A DNA stretch of 64,000 nucleotides from Paraspadella gotoi (GCA_051294375.1 CM119266.1:22419114-22483113); one strand, 5' to 3'. Counted from the first letter of the stretch, positions 38,501-50,831 are shown. The notes: a model not told the origin generated them from the letters alone. Made by a program: numbers and translations.

Positions 38501-41222
38501 TCAAACTTGTTTCTCTCTCTCTCAATCATACACGCATTTGTTTTATTTACGAAGAATGACTCATCGCATCAATGAATGACTATCATCGCATCAATGAATG
38601 ACTGCCATCGCATCAATGAATGATTATTATCGCATCAATGAATGATTATTATCGCATCAATGAATGATTATTATCGCATCAATGAATGACTATCATCGCA
38701 TCAATGAATGACTATCATCGCATCAATGAATGACTATCATCGCATCAATGAATGATTATCATTGCATCCATCATTTTGTTATCATCGCGTGAATATTTGG
38801 TTATAATCGCATCAATAGTCAATTACTATTACATCAATCAATCAATTACTATTACATCAATAAATCAATTACTATTACATCAATCAATCAATTACTATTA
38901 CATCAATCAATCAATTATTATTGTATCAATCAATCAATCACTATTGTATCAATCAATTACTTTTGTATCAATCAATTACTTTTGTATTAATCAATTAATA
39001 TTGTATCAATCAATTAATATTGTATCAATCAATTAATATTGTATCAATCAATTAATAGTATCAATCAACAATTAATATTGTATCAATCAATTAATATTGT
39101 ATCAATTCAATTAATATTGTATCAATCAATTATATTGTATCAATCAATTAATATTGTATCAATCAATAATATGTATCAATCAATTAATATTGTATCAATC
39201 ATTAATATTGTATCATCAATTAATATTGTATCAATCAATAATATTGTATCAATCAATCAATATTGTATCAATCAATCAATTACTACTGCAAAAGTATTAT
39301 TTTTGGTTAAAAGTTAGCGAGAAGGTGACCCTAACCCAAATATCGTGTTCAAACTTGTTAAATTAATGGTTTATTTTACGTAGGTTGTACTAATTTCATA
39401 ACTGATTAACTAGTTTATTAATATAACCTCTTATCTCAGGCTGTGGTCATTGATATGGAAATCAGACGACCTCGTTCGCGACCATCGAATCTATTCTAAA
39501 CATTTTCCAAGCACCGTCTTTGCCGATTGGAAAGTATTTAAGGACTCCTTTCTCGGCGACATCAACGCGCATCTGATCTACATGAACGCCAACACGTCGC
39601 GAACGCGATTGTTGCTGACTCTTCCTAATTTGCTGAGTCGCCCCGTTGGCCTCTCGTTAGAAGTGACTTGCTTACGCAGCGTTCACCTTCGCGACGGTCA
39701 CTACATGGCGGAGTCGGCGGGGGTTTTGCCGCTGAAAAATGTCTTCCTCGATCTCCGGGAAGTGACAGATTTCGACGCCCAACGTTTGAACAATGCCTCC
39801 TATCTCGGTGAAATGTTGCGGCACAAGGACGCTCGGTTGCAGCACTCGCCGCGTCGGTTTTGTCGTTTCCGTTACTTGACCAAGAAAAGTGACAGGAAAC
39901 TCTTCTGCGACTTGGATTTGGCCGAAAGACGATTCATAGAAGCCGGGTTGATTTTCGACGACGCCGCCGACGACGAGGTTTCCGTGTTGAAGGTCCCCGA
40001 CGACGATCCCGACGCCGATCCGGAAAATGGCGACGACGGCTTTGCGAACGTAAAACTCTCGACCAAACACAAGAGCGAACACAAAGAGCAGCGCGAAACC
40101 CCGCTGTCCGAAGAGGAGGAACGAAATGAACGACGCGAGACTCTCGAACGAAAAGCGCGAATCCGCGTTAAGATTAGATGCACTAACGCTCTCTTGCAAA
40201 CCCTTGACGTTGAACCTTCGAAAGAGGTAGACGATAGACTCAGCAAAGCCTGTAGGATGTATTCGTCCTACGAAGTATCGTTGCTGTACGAGGCTAAACG
40301 TGAGTCTACTCTCACTCCGACGGGATTGTTAGCCGTGACGGATCAAGACTTTAGGCGAGTATTAACCGATGAGTTTAAAATATTTGATATAGTTTTTATT
40401 AAGATTTAGTCAGTTCTTAATTAACTTTTTGAATAAACAACAACTTTGACAAAATATGACCAAAACTTTTCTCAGATTCTATTACTTTTCACTTGTTTTT
40501 AGCTTACATGGAGGCCTTGAACCACCAAAGCCAGGGGCAAGATAGCTTATTTATTAAATGAATGGAAAATTTTTATATTGGTTGTACCAATTTCATGTAC
40601 AACGTTAAATTATAAACTTTTAAGTAATTATTTAAATCCAAAATGAAAAATATCCATACAAAAGTAATTTTAATTATTTTACTTTTACAGCGCAACGAAT
40701 TACGATAAAATTGAATCGAAACTGGTCAACCGCACGGACCCCTTGACCTCTCACTGCGTTCACGTGGATAAGAACGAGTTTTATTACGTCACCTTCAGCG
40801 ACGACGAAAAGGTCGATCCGTACGTGAAAACTGAGAGAATTCGTTCCACGACCACTAACAAACCGATCCCTAAGCCCAAGAAAAAGCATCGCTTGGTCAA
40901 CGAAAAGTCGACGCGCGGAAGATCCAAGACTAGAGCTCAAAAACTCTGGGTCCCATCTTCCATGGCGAAGCCTAAGTACAATTCCGAAGACTATCCCTGG
41001 AGAATTTATTACTTTACAAAGTATATCAGCCAGCTCGAAAAGGAAACCGTCGTCTTTCTGTGGATTTTAATTTTCTTTGGCAGTTTATATTGCTTCTTTT
41101 ACATTGTTGTGTGGGGAATCGATTGGATGAATCTAAATATTAACATAATTGTTCATGTCCTTGATATGATGGAAAGAATATTTTTGGTTTTATTTTTCGC
41201 CGTGACGCCGCGTAGGGATTGA
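35598..41222 (+). CDS. Uncharacterised signal-peptide + Ser/Thr/Asp/Pro-rich region + ectodomain + C-terminal TM protein, paralogue 2 (~1185 aa; 4 exons)
   Basis: Exons 35598-37118, 37286-37875, 39440-40354 (GC donor), 40691-41222 in consistent phase. Motifs shared with paralogue 1: TFLHxSKC...VKExxYEExGxVxIPW, DFxLFDNxDEPQ, RLLxTxPNLLSxPxGLxLE, HxxRDGHY, PRRxCRxRYL...KLFC, PTGLLAxTDxxF, HCxHVDxNEF. Confidence 0.88.
37938..37985 (-). mobile_element. Degenerate fragment of the tRNA-derived repeat
   Basis: CGGCTAAAATCTTGGGTTGG...GGCGAATGACT resembles 30592-30634. Confidence 0.45.
38296..38491. mobile_element. Small MITE (perfect 11-bp TIR) in intron 2 of paralogue 2
   Basis: GCCGGATCTGC (38296-38306) and GCAGATCCGGC (38481-38491) with an AT-rich (TAAT)n interior. 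Confidence 0.65.
38554..38770. repeat. 21-bp minisatellite (ATCGCATCAATGAATGAYTAT-like unit)
   Basis: About 9-10 near-perfect tandem copies. Confidence 0.92.
38809..39282. repeat. ~19-bp minisatellite (TCAATCAATTAATATTGTA)
   Basis: Many imperfect tandem copies; explains the repetitive YQSIN ORFs. Confidence 0.92.
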
Positions 41223-41490
41223 TATTGCCTACCGCCGGCGGCTTTACATGTCATTCTCTGTATTAGTTATTTCATTGAAATTGTCAACGAAAAGCCTCAT
41301 TTCTCATTCCTTTTTTGGATTTTCTTTCCATGACACGAACATATTTATTTCGCTGAAATAATTTTACGTATTGTTCGTTATTTTTACGGTTTTTATACTA
41401 CATTTATGTATTCTTGCCTTATTGCCTATTCCGAATTCGTGTTCTTATCAGGACTGCTTTAAACTAGAAAAAAACTTAACTTACGCCAGG

Positions 41491-44281
41491 ATGAAAATCT
41501 GCGTGACTCTTTATGTGATCCTTGTATCCAACGCCATCGCCGCCGAACGTTTCCCGGGCTCCGACCACGACATCGACGCTTTGCCGGACGATTATTCCAT
41601 CATTTCCCACGAAAACCAATTCTGCAGTTACGAAATCAACGACTCTTGTTCGAGGCCGAAAATCGGCGACACTTTCGGCGTACCGTTCGATCACGTGAAC
41701 GATCCCGTCTCGGATTGTTCACCGTCGGCATATCGCTTCGCCGATCATCGCTGCTCCCAATTTCAACTTGGCGAGTGGCTCTACGAGCTGGACGGTTACG
41801 ACGCCCGCGCTGTCAAAATCACGATCCCACCGCGGCCTGGGCTTGGGAGTCCGGGGGGCTTGGGTGCTTGGAGAAAAATGATGAGAGAATTGATCGACGC
41901 GATCGAGACATTTAGAAAGGAGGCGGCGAACAATGGATGGTGCGACGAAGACGGCGGCGACGAACTCTTTGTTCTGGGGGAGGAGTCACGAGCGGGATCA
42001 GACCAAAAGCTCAAAATCGACAGGTTTGACCGCATTACTCTTTTACTTTTATGGGTCCTTTTATTTAGTTTTAATTTGTGGTTTTTCATCCAAATCTATA
42101 AAAGTATATAGCAGATTCTGACTCTACGATACTCTTTGTCGGTCCTACTCCAAAAACTTTTTAAATTTTTAAATTTAACATTTTTTTTCTATTTGCAGGT
42201 CGGTTGCTCAACGACACGACATGATCGGCTGCTTTTACAAAAAACCGGAGGTAAGACGCCTCGCTATGGGCGTTCGTCGTAAAGTAAAAACAACCGTCGA
42301 TCCATGGAGGTGGTCGAGCTTTCTTCGATTCGCCACTCCAGTATTCAGCGAAGGCAGAGACGGCGTAACGACTTGGACTCCGGACGATAGACCACGTCTC
42401 GTCGAAATTGATGAAATCGATGGTGTCAGAGACTGGATCTATGATCCTTCAAAGCTGCCAGAAGTCATCGAGCTGAACTTTGACGACATGACCGATCCTG
42501 TTTTGTCCGATTGGGTGGACATTCTTCTACGAAACCTCGTTTCTGAGATCATCTCTCAGAATCGAAGCATCGCTCGTTCCCAGACCAACGGTTCGTGGTG
42601 GAGCCTGTTTCCGGAGCAAGAAATCTTCCCTTCGGACGAGGTATTGCAAAGTTCCAAAGACTTGAGGCCTTACGTCGTCAGCGTCGATATAGAAAAGTTG
42701 GAGATCGTTCTTCTGCTCTCACGGCGGAGAATCATGAGAAAACCTCGCGGCTTCGTGATCGATTGGTTGGGTCATCCGCCCACTGTGACTAAATCCGGCC
42801 GATTTATTCGGCCCAAGAAAGACGAGGACTTTAAGTATTCTCTCTACGTCCAAGTGTCAAACTTGGATGTCGATCAAAATAGAATGAACGACGATCACTA
42901 CCGAAAAGATCTCGTTATTTCGGGAAAGACCTCATTGCGTTGGATGTCACTACCCCACTGCAGCCCAGATGAACACGACGAGATTCTATGCGACTTCGAC
43001 CTCATGGCGAGAAACGTTTCGATCGATCGTCTTGGCCTCGACTCTTTGCTGCGTTGCTTGGAGGAGACTATGAAGACTATGATTATGAACAAAACTAACA
43101 GCACCAATACGCCCCTTTTGGATTCTTGCGTATTGACGGACGCCGGAGCGGCCGATGCCTACGCCTCCTTCGATATTTTCGAAGGCTTTCAAGTTCAAAC
43201 TCGCGACTTGATCGTCATCTTTAGCAACTTGGCGATTTTTGCCGTGAATTCAGTTGGCGTCAGCGAAATGCCAGCGGACCCCATGGGGCAAATAGGATCA
43301 GGGCTTTTATTAAAGAGTTACTGTTACTCACTGGAGACGAAAGGGTTGAAGGAAGTCACGATCGGAGACGCGACGGTTCACGTTGATCAGCGACCTCTTC
43401 CGAAGGAGAAATCTCGAATCAAAGAACACCGAGAGACGTTGACTGAGGCGGAACCTTCGGTTTCCATCGAACTCCACGACCCCATGGATGCGATCCTTTG
43501 GATCCCCTACTTTATATTTTTGTTCTTGGTCGGAGTCGTCCTTTACTGGGTAATGAAGTCTAAGACCCCGACCGAGACGCCATCGCGAAGAATTCCGGAG
43601 AATCCGAGGTTTCGATCGAGAAGGACGACGACGACGATGGAACGCTCCCGACTTCGGCATCGACGGATTCGGCAAAATCGGGAACTGTCATTGGCGGATG
43701 ATGGAGGGGTATTTAGTAATGGTAAAGAAAATAAGGTTAATCAAAATGAGAGAGAAATAGACGATTTGAAGGATAGTATTACGCGCGCAATTATTTCTAA
43801 GGCTGAAGAATCGTATCGTATCCTCAAAGCATTTTGTTTTGGGGTCAATGTGTTTCAATACCTTTTTAAATTATTTATACTTATTTTGAAATATTCGTGG
43901 AAACTTTCTCGATTGCTATGTGGCGTTTTGTGTACATTTATTAATCTTTTGTCGATAACGTTTAACAAAATTAAATATAATAAGCTCGAAAAGGTGCCGA
44001 CGACATCTCGAGAAAATTCCCTCTATGAGAGCCCTGCGTCAATAAAATCTGTCACCGACGATGACGACGACGATGATGATAGCGATGAAGATGTCGATAT
44101 AGTCTGTCGCAATTGCAATCTGCGCGAGATTGTTCCTCGATCTTTCCATACTTGCTTTAAATGCATCAACGATGAAAGATGGACGCAGTCTTGGATGTAC
44201 TACTGCTCCAAGGAATGCTGCAAGTTCGACTGGAGGCACCGACATAAGATCGAGCATGTTCAGAATGAAATTAAATGCTGA
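41491..44281 (+). CDS. Uncharacterised signal-peptide + ectodomain + TM protein with C-terminal MYND-type zinc finger, distant paralogue 3 (~871 aa; 2 exons)
   Basis: Exons 41491-42023 and 42199-44281 (phase-2 GT-AG intron). Signal MKICVTLYVILVSNAIA; TM ILWIPYFIFLFLVGVVLYWVM; acidic run, then CRNC-x12-CFKC...YYCSKECCKFDWRHRHKIEH. The ectodomain shares the motif order of paralogues 1 and 2. Confidence 0.88.
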
Positions 44282-44759
44282 TTGTGTAACTTATGTTTTT
44301 CTTGCACCAGATTTACTTTTAGTTTCTTTTTCTTACAACCGACGTTGTTGTCGGTTATTTTCAAGAGTATATTTTTCATGTATATATATATTTATATGCA
44401 GTATTGTTATTTTTTCGTATTTTTTTCCCTTTAAAAAATACAATTTTGATAAAAAACAAATCTCTTCAGTTTGTCTTATCAAGAAGCATAATTTTTCATG
44501 TCCAAGTCATATTGTAAAAAATCATACGAATATGAGTCAATCAAAACGAATAACAAAAATAACAGCTTTAATGACAAAAGTGCTTTTAATTTTTTCACAA
44601 AATTTTTGATTAAAAGTTTTCGGGCACAAACTTAATTGAATCTGATTAAAAGCATCGTTTCGCCTATAATATTAACTTTAAGGTTAATAACTTTTCTTTC
44701 ATGTCAGTTTCCGCGCGCAATCCTTTTTACTCCTTTCTTCCTTCGCCTTTTTTCCATTC

Positions 44760-45722
44760 TCGCCCCATTCCTCTCCCGTCCACTTTCTCCCTCCCATTCC
44801 CTCTCCCTCCACTTTTCTCCTCCCCATTCCCTCTCCCTCCACTTTTCTCCTCCCCATTCCCTCTCACCTCCACTTTTCTCTTCCCCATTCCTCTCCCTCC
44901 ACTTTTCTCCTGCCCATTCCCTCTCCTCCACTTTCTCCTTCCCCTCTCTTCTCACTTTTCTCCTCCCTCTCTCCACTTTCTCCTCCCCATTCCCTCTCCT
45001 CCACTTTCTCCTCCCCATTCCCTCTCCCTCCATTTTCTCCTCCCATTCCCTCTCCCTCCACTTTTCTCCTCCCCATTCCCTCTCCCTCCACTTTTCTCCC
45101 CCCATTCCCTCTCCCTCACTTTTTCTCTCCCCATTCCCTTCCCTCCACTTTTCTCCTCCCCATTCCTCTCTCCCTCTCCCACTTTTCTCCTCCCCATTCC
45201 CTCTCCCTCCACTTCTCCTCCATTCCCTCCCCTCCACTTTTCTCCTTCACAATCCTCTCCTCTCCCACTTTTCCCCTCCCATTCCCTCTCCCTCCACTTT
45301 TCTCCTCCCATTCCCTCTCCCTCCACTTTCTCCTCCCCATTCCTCTCCCTCCACTTTTCTCTTCCCATTCCCTCTCCCTCCACTTTCTCTCCCCATTCCC
45401 TCTCCCCCACTTTCTCTTCCCCATTCCCTTCTCCCTCACTTTTCTCTTCCCCATTCCCTCTCCCTCCATTCTCCCTTTCTCCTCCACTTTCTCTCCCCAT
45501 TCCCTTCCCTCCACTTTCTCCTCCCATTTTCTCCTTTCTCTTCCCCATTCCCTCTCCCTCCACTTTTCTCTTCCCCATTCCCTCTCCCTCACTTTCTCTT
45601 CCCCATTTCCCTCTCCTCCACTTTTCTCTTCCCATTCTTCTCCCTCCACTTTTCTCCTCACCATTCTCTCCCTCCACTTTCTCCTCCCCATTCCCTCTCC
45701 CTCCACTTTTCTCCTCCCCTCT
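44760..45722. repeat. ~30-bp pyrimidine-rich satellite (CCCCATTCCCTCTCCCTCCACTTTTCTCCT)n
   Basis: About 30 imperfect copies; stop-free in several frames because of composition. Confidence 0.93.
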
Positions 45723-46443
45723 GAGCCCGTTGAGAAATTGGGTTTATAATTGAATTGTCTTTGGGAGGAGTCGACCTCATTTTCGATGAATCTCACGCCC
45801 TCGCTGAATATAAACTAGATCGTGATTCAGATTTTCTTGTTTTTGAATGTCGACCTTATTTTTTCGCGTTTGGTCCTCATGCGCCAACCCCCAGAGCGTC
45901 TAGTCTGTCTAGCGTCTATGACTCTACTTCAATCTTAGAATCTTCAGGAATTTTTTTTTCTCTTGCGTCATGAATTGAATTCCATGTTAGTGAAATTATT
46001 GCGAGTCGACACCCTTTTCGACGCAATGTGGAGTAAAAATGCATTTGAAAAAGAAGCATTTTTTTAGAGGCGCGTTTAATTAAGTACCTAAATATATCCT
46101 ATAAAATTAATAACATTTATTATTAGCATTTGGTTTGTGAGAACGTTCTAAAAATATTTATTCTAAAACTGCAAAATTTCTCCTTTTTTCTCAAAATGTC
46201 GGGTCAAACGTCACGTTCTATGACGGGCGTCGGCGATGCCTCGTGGGGCGAGAGCGGGGGCGATCCCATGCCCCTATTTCGGACTGACAGGATCGAGGGC
46301 TACAAAAAATGTTGAACTCGTCGCTACATTTTTTTATCGACAAGAAAAGACTTCTACTATTAATTAAGTAGTTTTATCTTATAATTGAAATTCCTGTTAT
46401 CCTTTCACCTATTCCCCCCTTCGCCTCCATCTCATTCAACCAT

Positions 46444-46477
<34 letters not shown>

Positions 46478-49452
46478 GCTCACAAAAACAGGAACAAGCC
46501 CTCCGTCACCATGGGAGCATTCGTCCGTTCGACTCGCCGAATCTAGTTCAGTTGTTAATCGTTGCACGGTGTCCGTTCTCTCTCGGGCTCTGTTGCCCTC
46601 TTGCCCTCTCACCCTCCTGCCCTCTCGTTCTACTGCCCCCGTTTGCCCTCTTCTCTTCTCTCCTCCTCCGCCTCCGTGACGCCGTGAACGCGGTTTCCCT
46701 TCTCTTCGGCCCCTTTTCACTTTTTAGGCCCCTCTTCACTATTTAGGCCTTATGTTTCAGGCCTCTCTGAGCACTCTTGAGCCAAGCCAAAAATCTTTCT
46801 TGGTTGCGGCGTTCAACTCGGTAAAGTCTGCCATTCGTACATTCGGGGGGGAAGAAAGGAAAAAAATATGTGGCATTGTACCTCTGACGAATTTCTGACG
46901 TTATATTTATTATTTCATATTTTTCACATATTTTTCTTTACTTTTCCATCCACTCTTCCCCAAAAAATAAAAAAAACTTACAGATTTTAATATTTTTTTC
47001 TATTTTAACTAATTAAGGAAGAAGTGACGATGAATCGTAAATTCGTCTTGACGTTCACTTAAAAACACTCACGAGGGAGAAATGAAAAGGGGGGCCGCTT
47101 CTCGAGCTGAGCGATGGGAATAATTTGATTACTATAGTGTGGATTAACGAGTGGAAACGGGGGGTGGGGGGGGCGCGACTTTATTTTCGGCCAATAAGTT
47201 AATATTTGGTCGCGCTAAAGCGAGAAAGACCGAGAGAGTAAATTTGGTCGTCGGAAAAGGAGAGCAAATTATAACCAAGTGGCGCACGCGAGTGATTTAT
47301 TCCCCGTTCTTCAGTTTCCGCTGGGTGGCGCGTCGAGTTTTCCCAGTTTTGGCGCCAAAATCTTCGCGTCATTTGTTTTCCAAAAGCCTCTTTCACGCGT
47401 AGCGCCGACAATGGCTCTCGGAAGTGGGCATCGACCGCACGCTGATCTTTCGTAATCTGATAGCCGAGTCCATATCGTAATCTCATTTTTTTAAGAGAAT
47501 TTTTAACAAATCCGTGGACACAAATGTCTTGGCTCCGTTACTTAGCGCGGACACAACACTATTTCTAGTTATGTTTACTAACTGCTTTAACTGATACACT
47601 CAATTCTGTCTTCTTTGATTCCTACTATAGAATGAAAATAGCAAGATTTGCTTACTAGATCTTTGTTTAATGCAAATTCACTGGATTCTGTTTCATACGA
47701 CCTCCCGGATATAAATACAGTAACGTATGGAACAAAAAAAAATGACACTTTCACAAAATCATTTGTTTTCGATGAAAACGGTGACGCAGAGGAAAAAAAA
47801 ATATTGGTTTTAATGAGATTCAAATATGGTAAAAATAAATGAGGGGGCGGGCGGAAACGAACAATAGTTTTCTCTGAAAGTTAAAGATAAAAATACCAAA
47901 TTATTTAAATAACTAGCGTAAAAGAATTGTTTTTATTTATTTAATAAACATTCGCAAAAGGTATCGTTGGGAATCAAATTTGTCGACTTTGTGTCAGGAA
48001 TGTAGACTACGAGATATTTTTTAATACGAAAATAATTTTAAATTCAAAATCAATAAAATCATTTGTAAACTGTCTAATGAGTCAATAAAATGAACAAATG
48101 GTGAAGTGACTTTTAAGGAGAGTTTATGACAAAAACCCAAACACTGATTTCTAAAAAAAGGGGACTAGTCGATCTGGCTTGGCAGGAGCGATAAGACGAG
48201 AAATAAAAGGAATCCGCTTTAAAAGTATTTTTAAAAATAAATGGCATGGTGATGGAAACATAGGGTTCATAACATTAACTTCTATGAAGGAATTAATGAT
48301 GCTGCATTATAAGGAATTAATTTTTATTTTACTGGCAATAAATTAAATTCTTAAAAACAAAAGAAAAAAACTAATTAAACAAACTGGGGGAAAGGCAATC
48401 ATTTTTCAGCTACTAGAAATACGACGTTAACCGATGCAGGAAGGCCGAGACTCACCTCCACATGCAAATTTATCGTCTGCTCAGAAACCAATGATATTGA
48501 TATAAATATAATACATCACAAATTCCCTCTCTCCGTATATAGGTGTTTTTTTTTATATAAATCATATAGTAGTTGTCTTTTAAAATAGCTTGTAGTTGGA
48601 TTCAGGGGTTGGTAGGAAAGGGATATGGTTCCATAATGAAAAAATGTTTTCTATTATAGGTATCCACTCGTAGCCCTACAACGCTTGGATATTATTCGTT
48701 TCGAAAAAAAAAGGGGGTGCGTGGATAAAAAAAAACGAAGGTGCTCGTAATAACATTTATCGAATTTACATACGAGAAACACACGAAACGAAACACACTT
48801 AAAACATATTTTTACTTTTGTTAGGGATTCGTGAAAACGTCTCCGCCGATAACGAAATAAAATTCGTTGGCGGAAAATAATGAAATTATTGTTATTAGAG
48901 GGAAAAAAAATACAATCGATCGAAGGTACAAAGTTAAAAAAAAAAAATCAATGACGAAACAATCTGATGATACAAACAAATATAAATTTCGCAGCGAGCA
49001 TCGATGGGAAACAAGAAATATATTGCAATTAGTAATGTAATTCGTAGGTTCGTTTTGCAATGTTCAATGATGAGTTAGAGCGAAATTGCTAGCTTTCCAA
49101 AAAATCACATAACACGAGCGAGATAAGAAAAAAAAATGGTAACAGACCCTGTGTACTCCATTTTTTAATAAAAATTGTCATGTTGCTCGGAGGGAAGGGG
49201 GGGAACGTGGTTATACTTCGGGGAAAAAACCACTCAATGTGTGGTGTTGATAATTCCGCTGATGGCAGAATCAAAGAGGTTTCATTATTGACGGAATTAG
49301 TGGCAATTCATTTGCTTCGCAAAACACTACTACATTTTTAAAACGAAATTCTCAAAAAAACTACTAACGTTACTGATGACTAGTTCACGGTCTTGGAAGA
49401 GTCGATCATGAGATACAAATGGATATGTATGGCACTCTCTCTCTCTCTCTAC

Positions 49453-49488
<36 letters not shown>

Positions 49489-49647
49489 ACTCTCTCTCCC
49501 TTTCGCTCTCCCTTTTCCCCACCAAACACCAGCCTTGTAATTCTGGAATTGTTCGAAAATGAAAAGCTCGGAGAACTTGCGGCGAGGAAATCCTCCCGAA
49601 ATGAGTTTCCTCCTTGCTTATTTTTCTTGTCAGTATCTTCTCTCTCT

Positions 49648-49705
<58 letters not shown>

Positions 49706-50102
49706 CTCTCTCTCTCTCTCTCTTCTCTCTTCTCCTTCTCTGTTATACTCCTCATTCTTCTATCTTCTATCGGCCATGTCTCTTTTTTTTTTCTATTCTC
49801 GTCAAGCAGACGAAAATTCTGGAGATCTTTAGGGACTAACTCTCTCTTTCTCACTCTCTCTCCCCTCTCTCTCTCTCCCTCTCTCTCTCTCCCCTCTCCC
49901 TCTCTCTCTTTCTCTTTCTTCCCTTTATAAACGGAGATATAAAAATACACTACCCTTCAATTCGTCCGATATCATTTCAACCAAGGAGCCCATATATCCC
50001 CCCTCTCTGCGAAAGCAGAGCGAAAAAAAAAAATCCAATAAAAGATGCATCATGGGTATCCTGCCTTCTCTCTTATCGGTCCGCTGTTTTTGCCCTTCGC
50101 TT

Positions 50103-50146
50103 ATTGGTTTTGATTGACAGACGGGCCTCGGCTAGTGGGCGGGCGG
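50103..50146. promoter_or_regulatory. CCAAT (NF-Y) + PBX-PREP/MEIS decamer TGATTGACAG + GC boxes
   Basis: ATTGG 50103-50107, TGATTGACAG 50111-50120, GGGCGGGCGG 50137-50146. Confidence 0.5.
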
Positions 50147-50800
50147 TAAGGGGGGTAAGGGGATGATGTTATTGGGCGAATGGAAAGGTTAGGGAGATTG
50201 AAAAAAAGAAAGAGGCAGACCCTAATCGGAGAGGGTGGGATAGTTAAAGGGGGAAGAGGGTGGATCGAAAAAGGTAGTGCTCGGGGGAGAGGGTAAAGAC
50301 TCCGTGAAGAGGGCTTGGGTGAGGAAAGAGAGGAAGAGGACGCGAGGGAAATGTGCTGATTCTTTGCTTCTGTGATTCCGGCCTGAACAAAGGCTTGGCT
50401 CTCATTTTGACGCGAGGCTTTGAGAAGATTGGATGGAACCGAGAGATGGAACCGGATGTCAAGATCCGGGGGGGGGTGAGTTGATGCGTGGTTGAGCGGA
50501 GGGGTGGAGGTCTGTACGGAGTGGCAAATGGCGATGGTGTGGCGAGAGAGAGTGATATTGTGGGTGGCGTGATGAGGTTCTCGATTTGAGAATTCGATTT
50601 ATTATAATCATTTTTTTTACATTTTATTAAACGGGAATATAAATTATTTTATTACAATTTTTTAAACTTTCAACCACGAGAAAAAAAAGTGTCTCTTTTG
50701 CTGAGATGAACACAATATTTCCCTTCAGACTTCATCCAGCAGTAAATCAGCCTTTTGTAATTCTAACAGAATTTTTTTTTGTCAAGAGCTAAAAACTTTT

Positions 50801-50831
<31 letters not shown>

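Noticed and set aside
38554-39282. CRISPR-like periodic repeats
   Set aside because: Head-to-tail minisatellites without unique spacers, inside a spliceosomal intron.
41371-41490. Upstream TTG-initiated extension of paralogue 3
   Set aside because: Non-ATG start in T-rich spacer; ATG 41491 directly precedes a signal peptide and follows an acceptor.
44636-45796. Long P/S/L/F-rich and G/E/R-rich ORFs
   Set aside because: Translations of a satellite lacking stop codons.
50046-50062. Minus-strand TACCCATGATG, one base from a YPWM hexapeptide
   Set aside because: Contains a stop, and the flanks do not resemble Hox1 or Hox2; no exon context.
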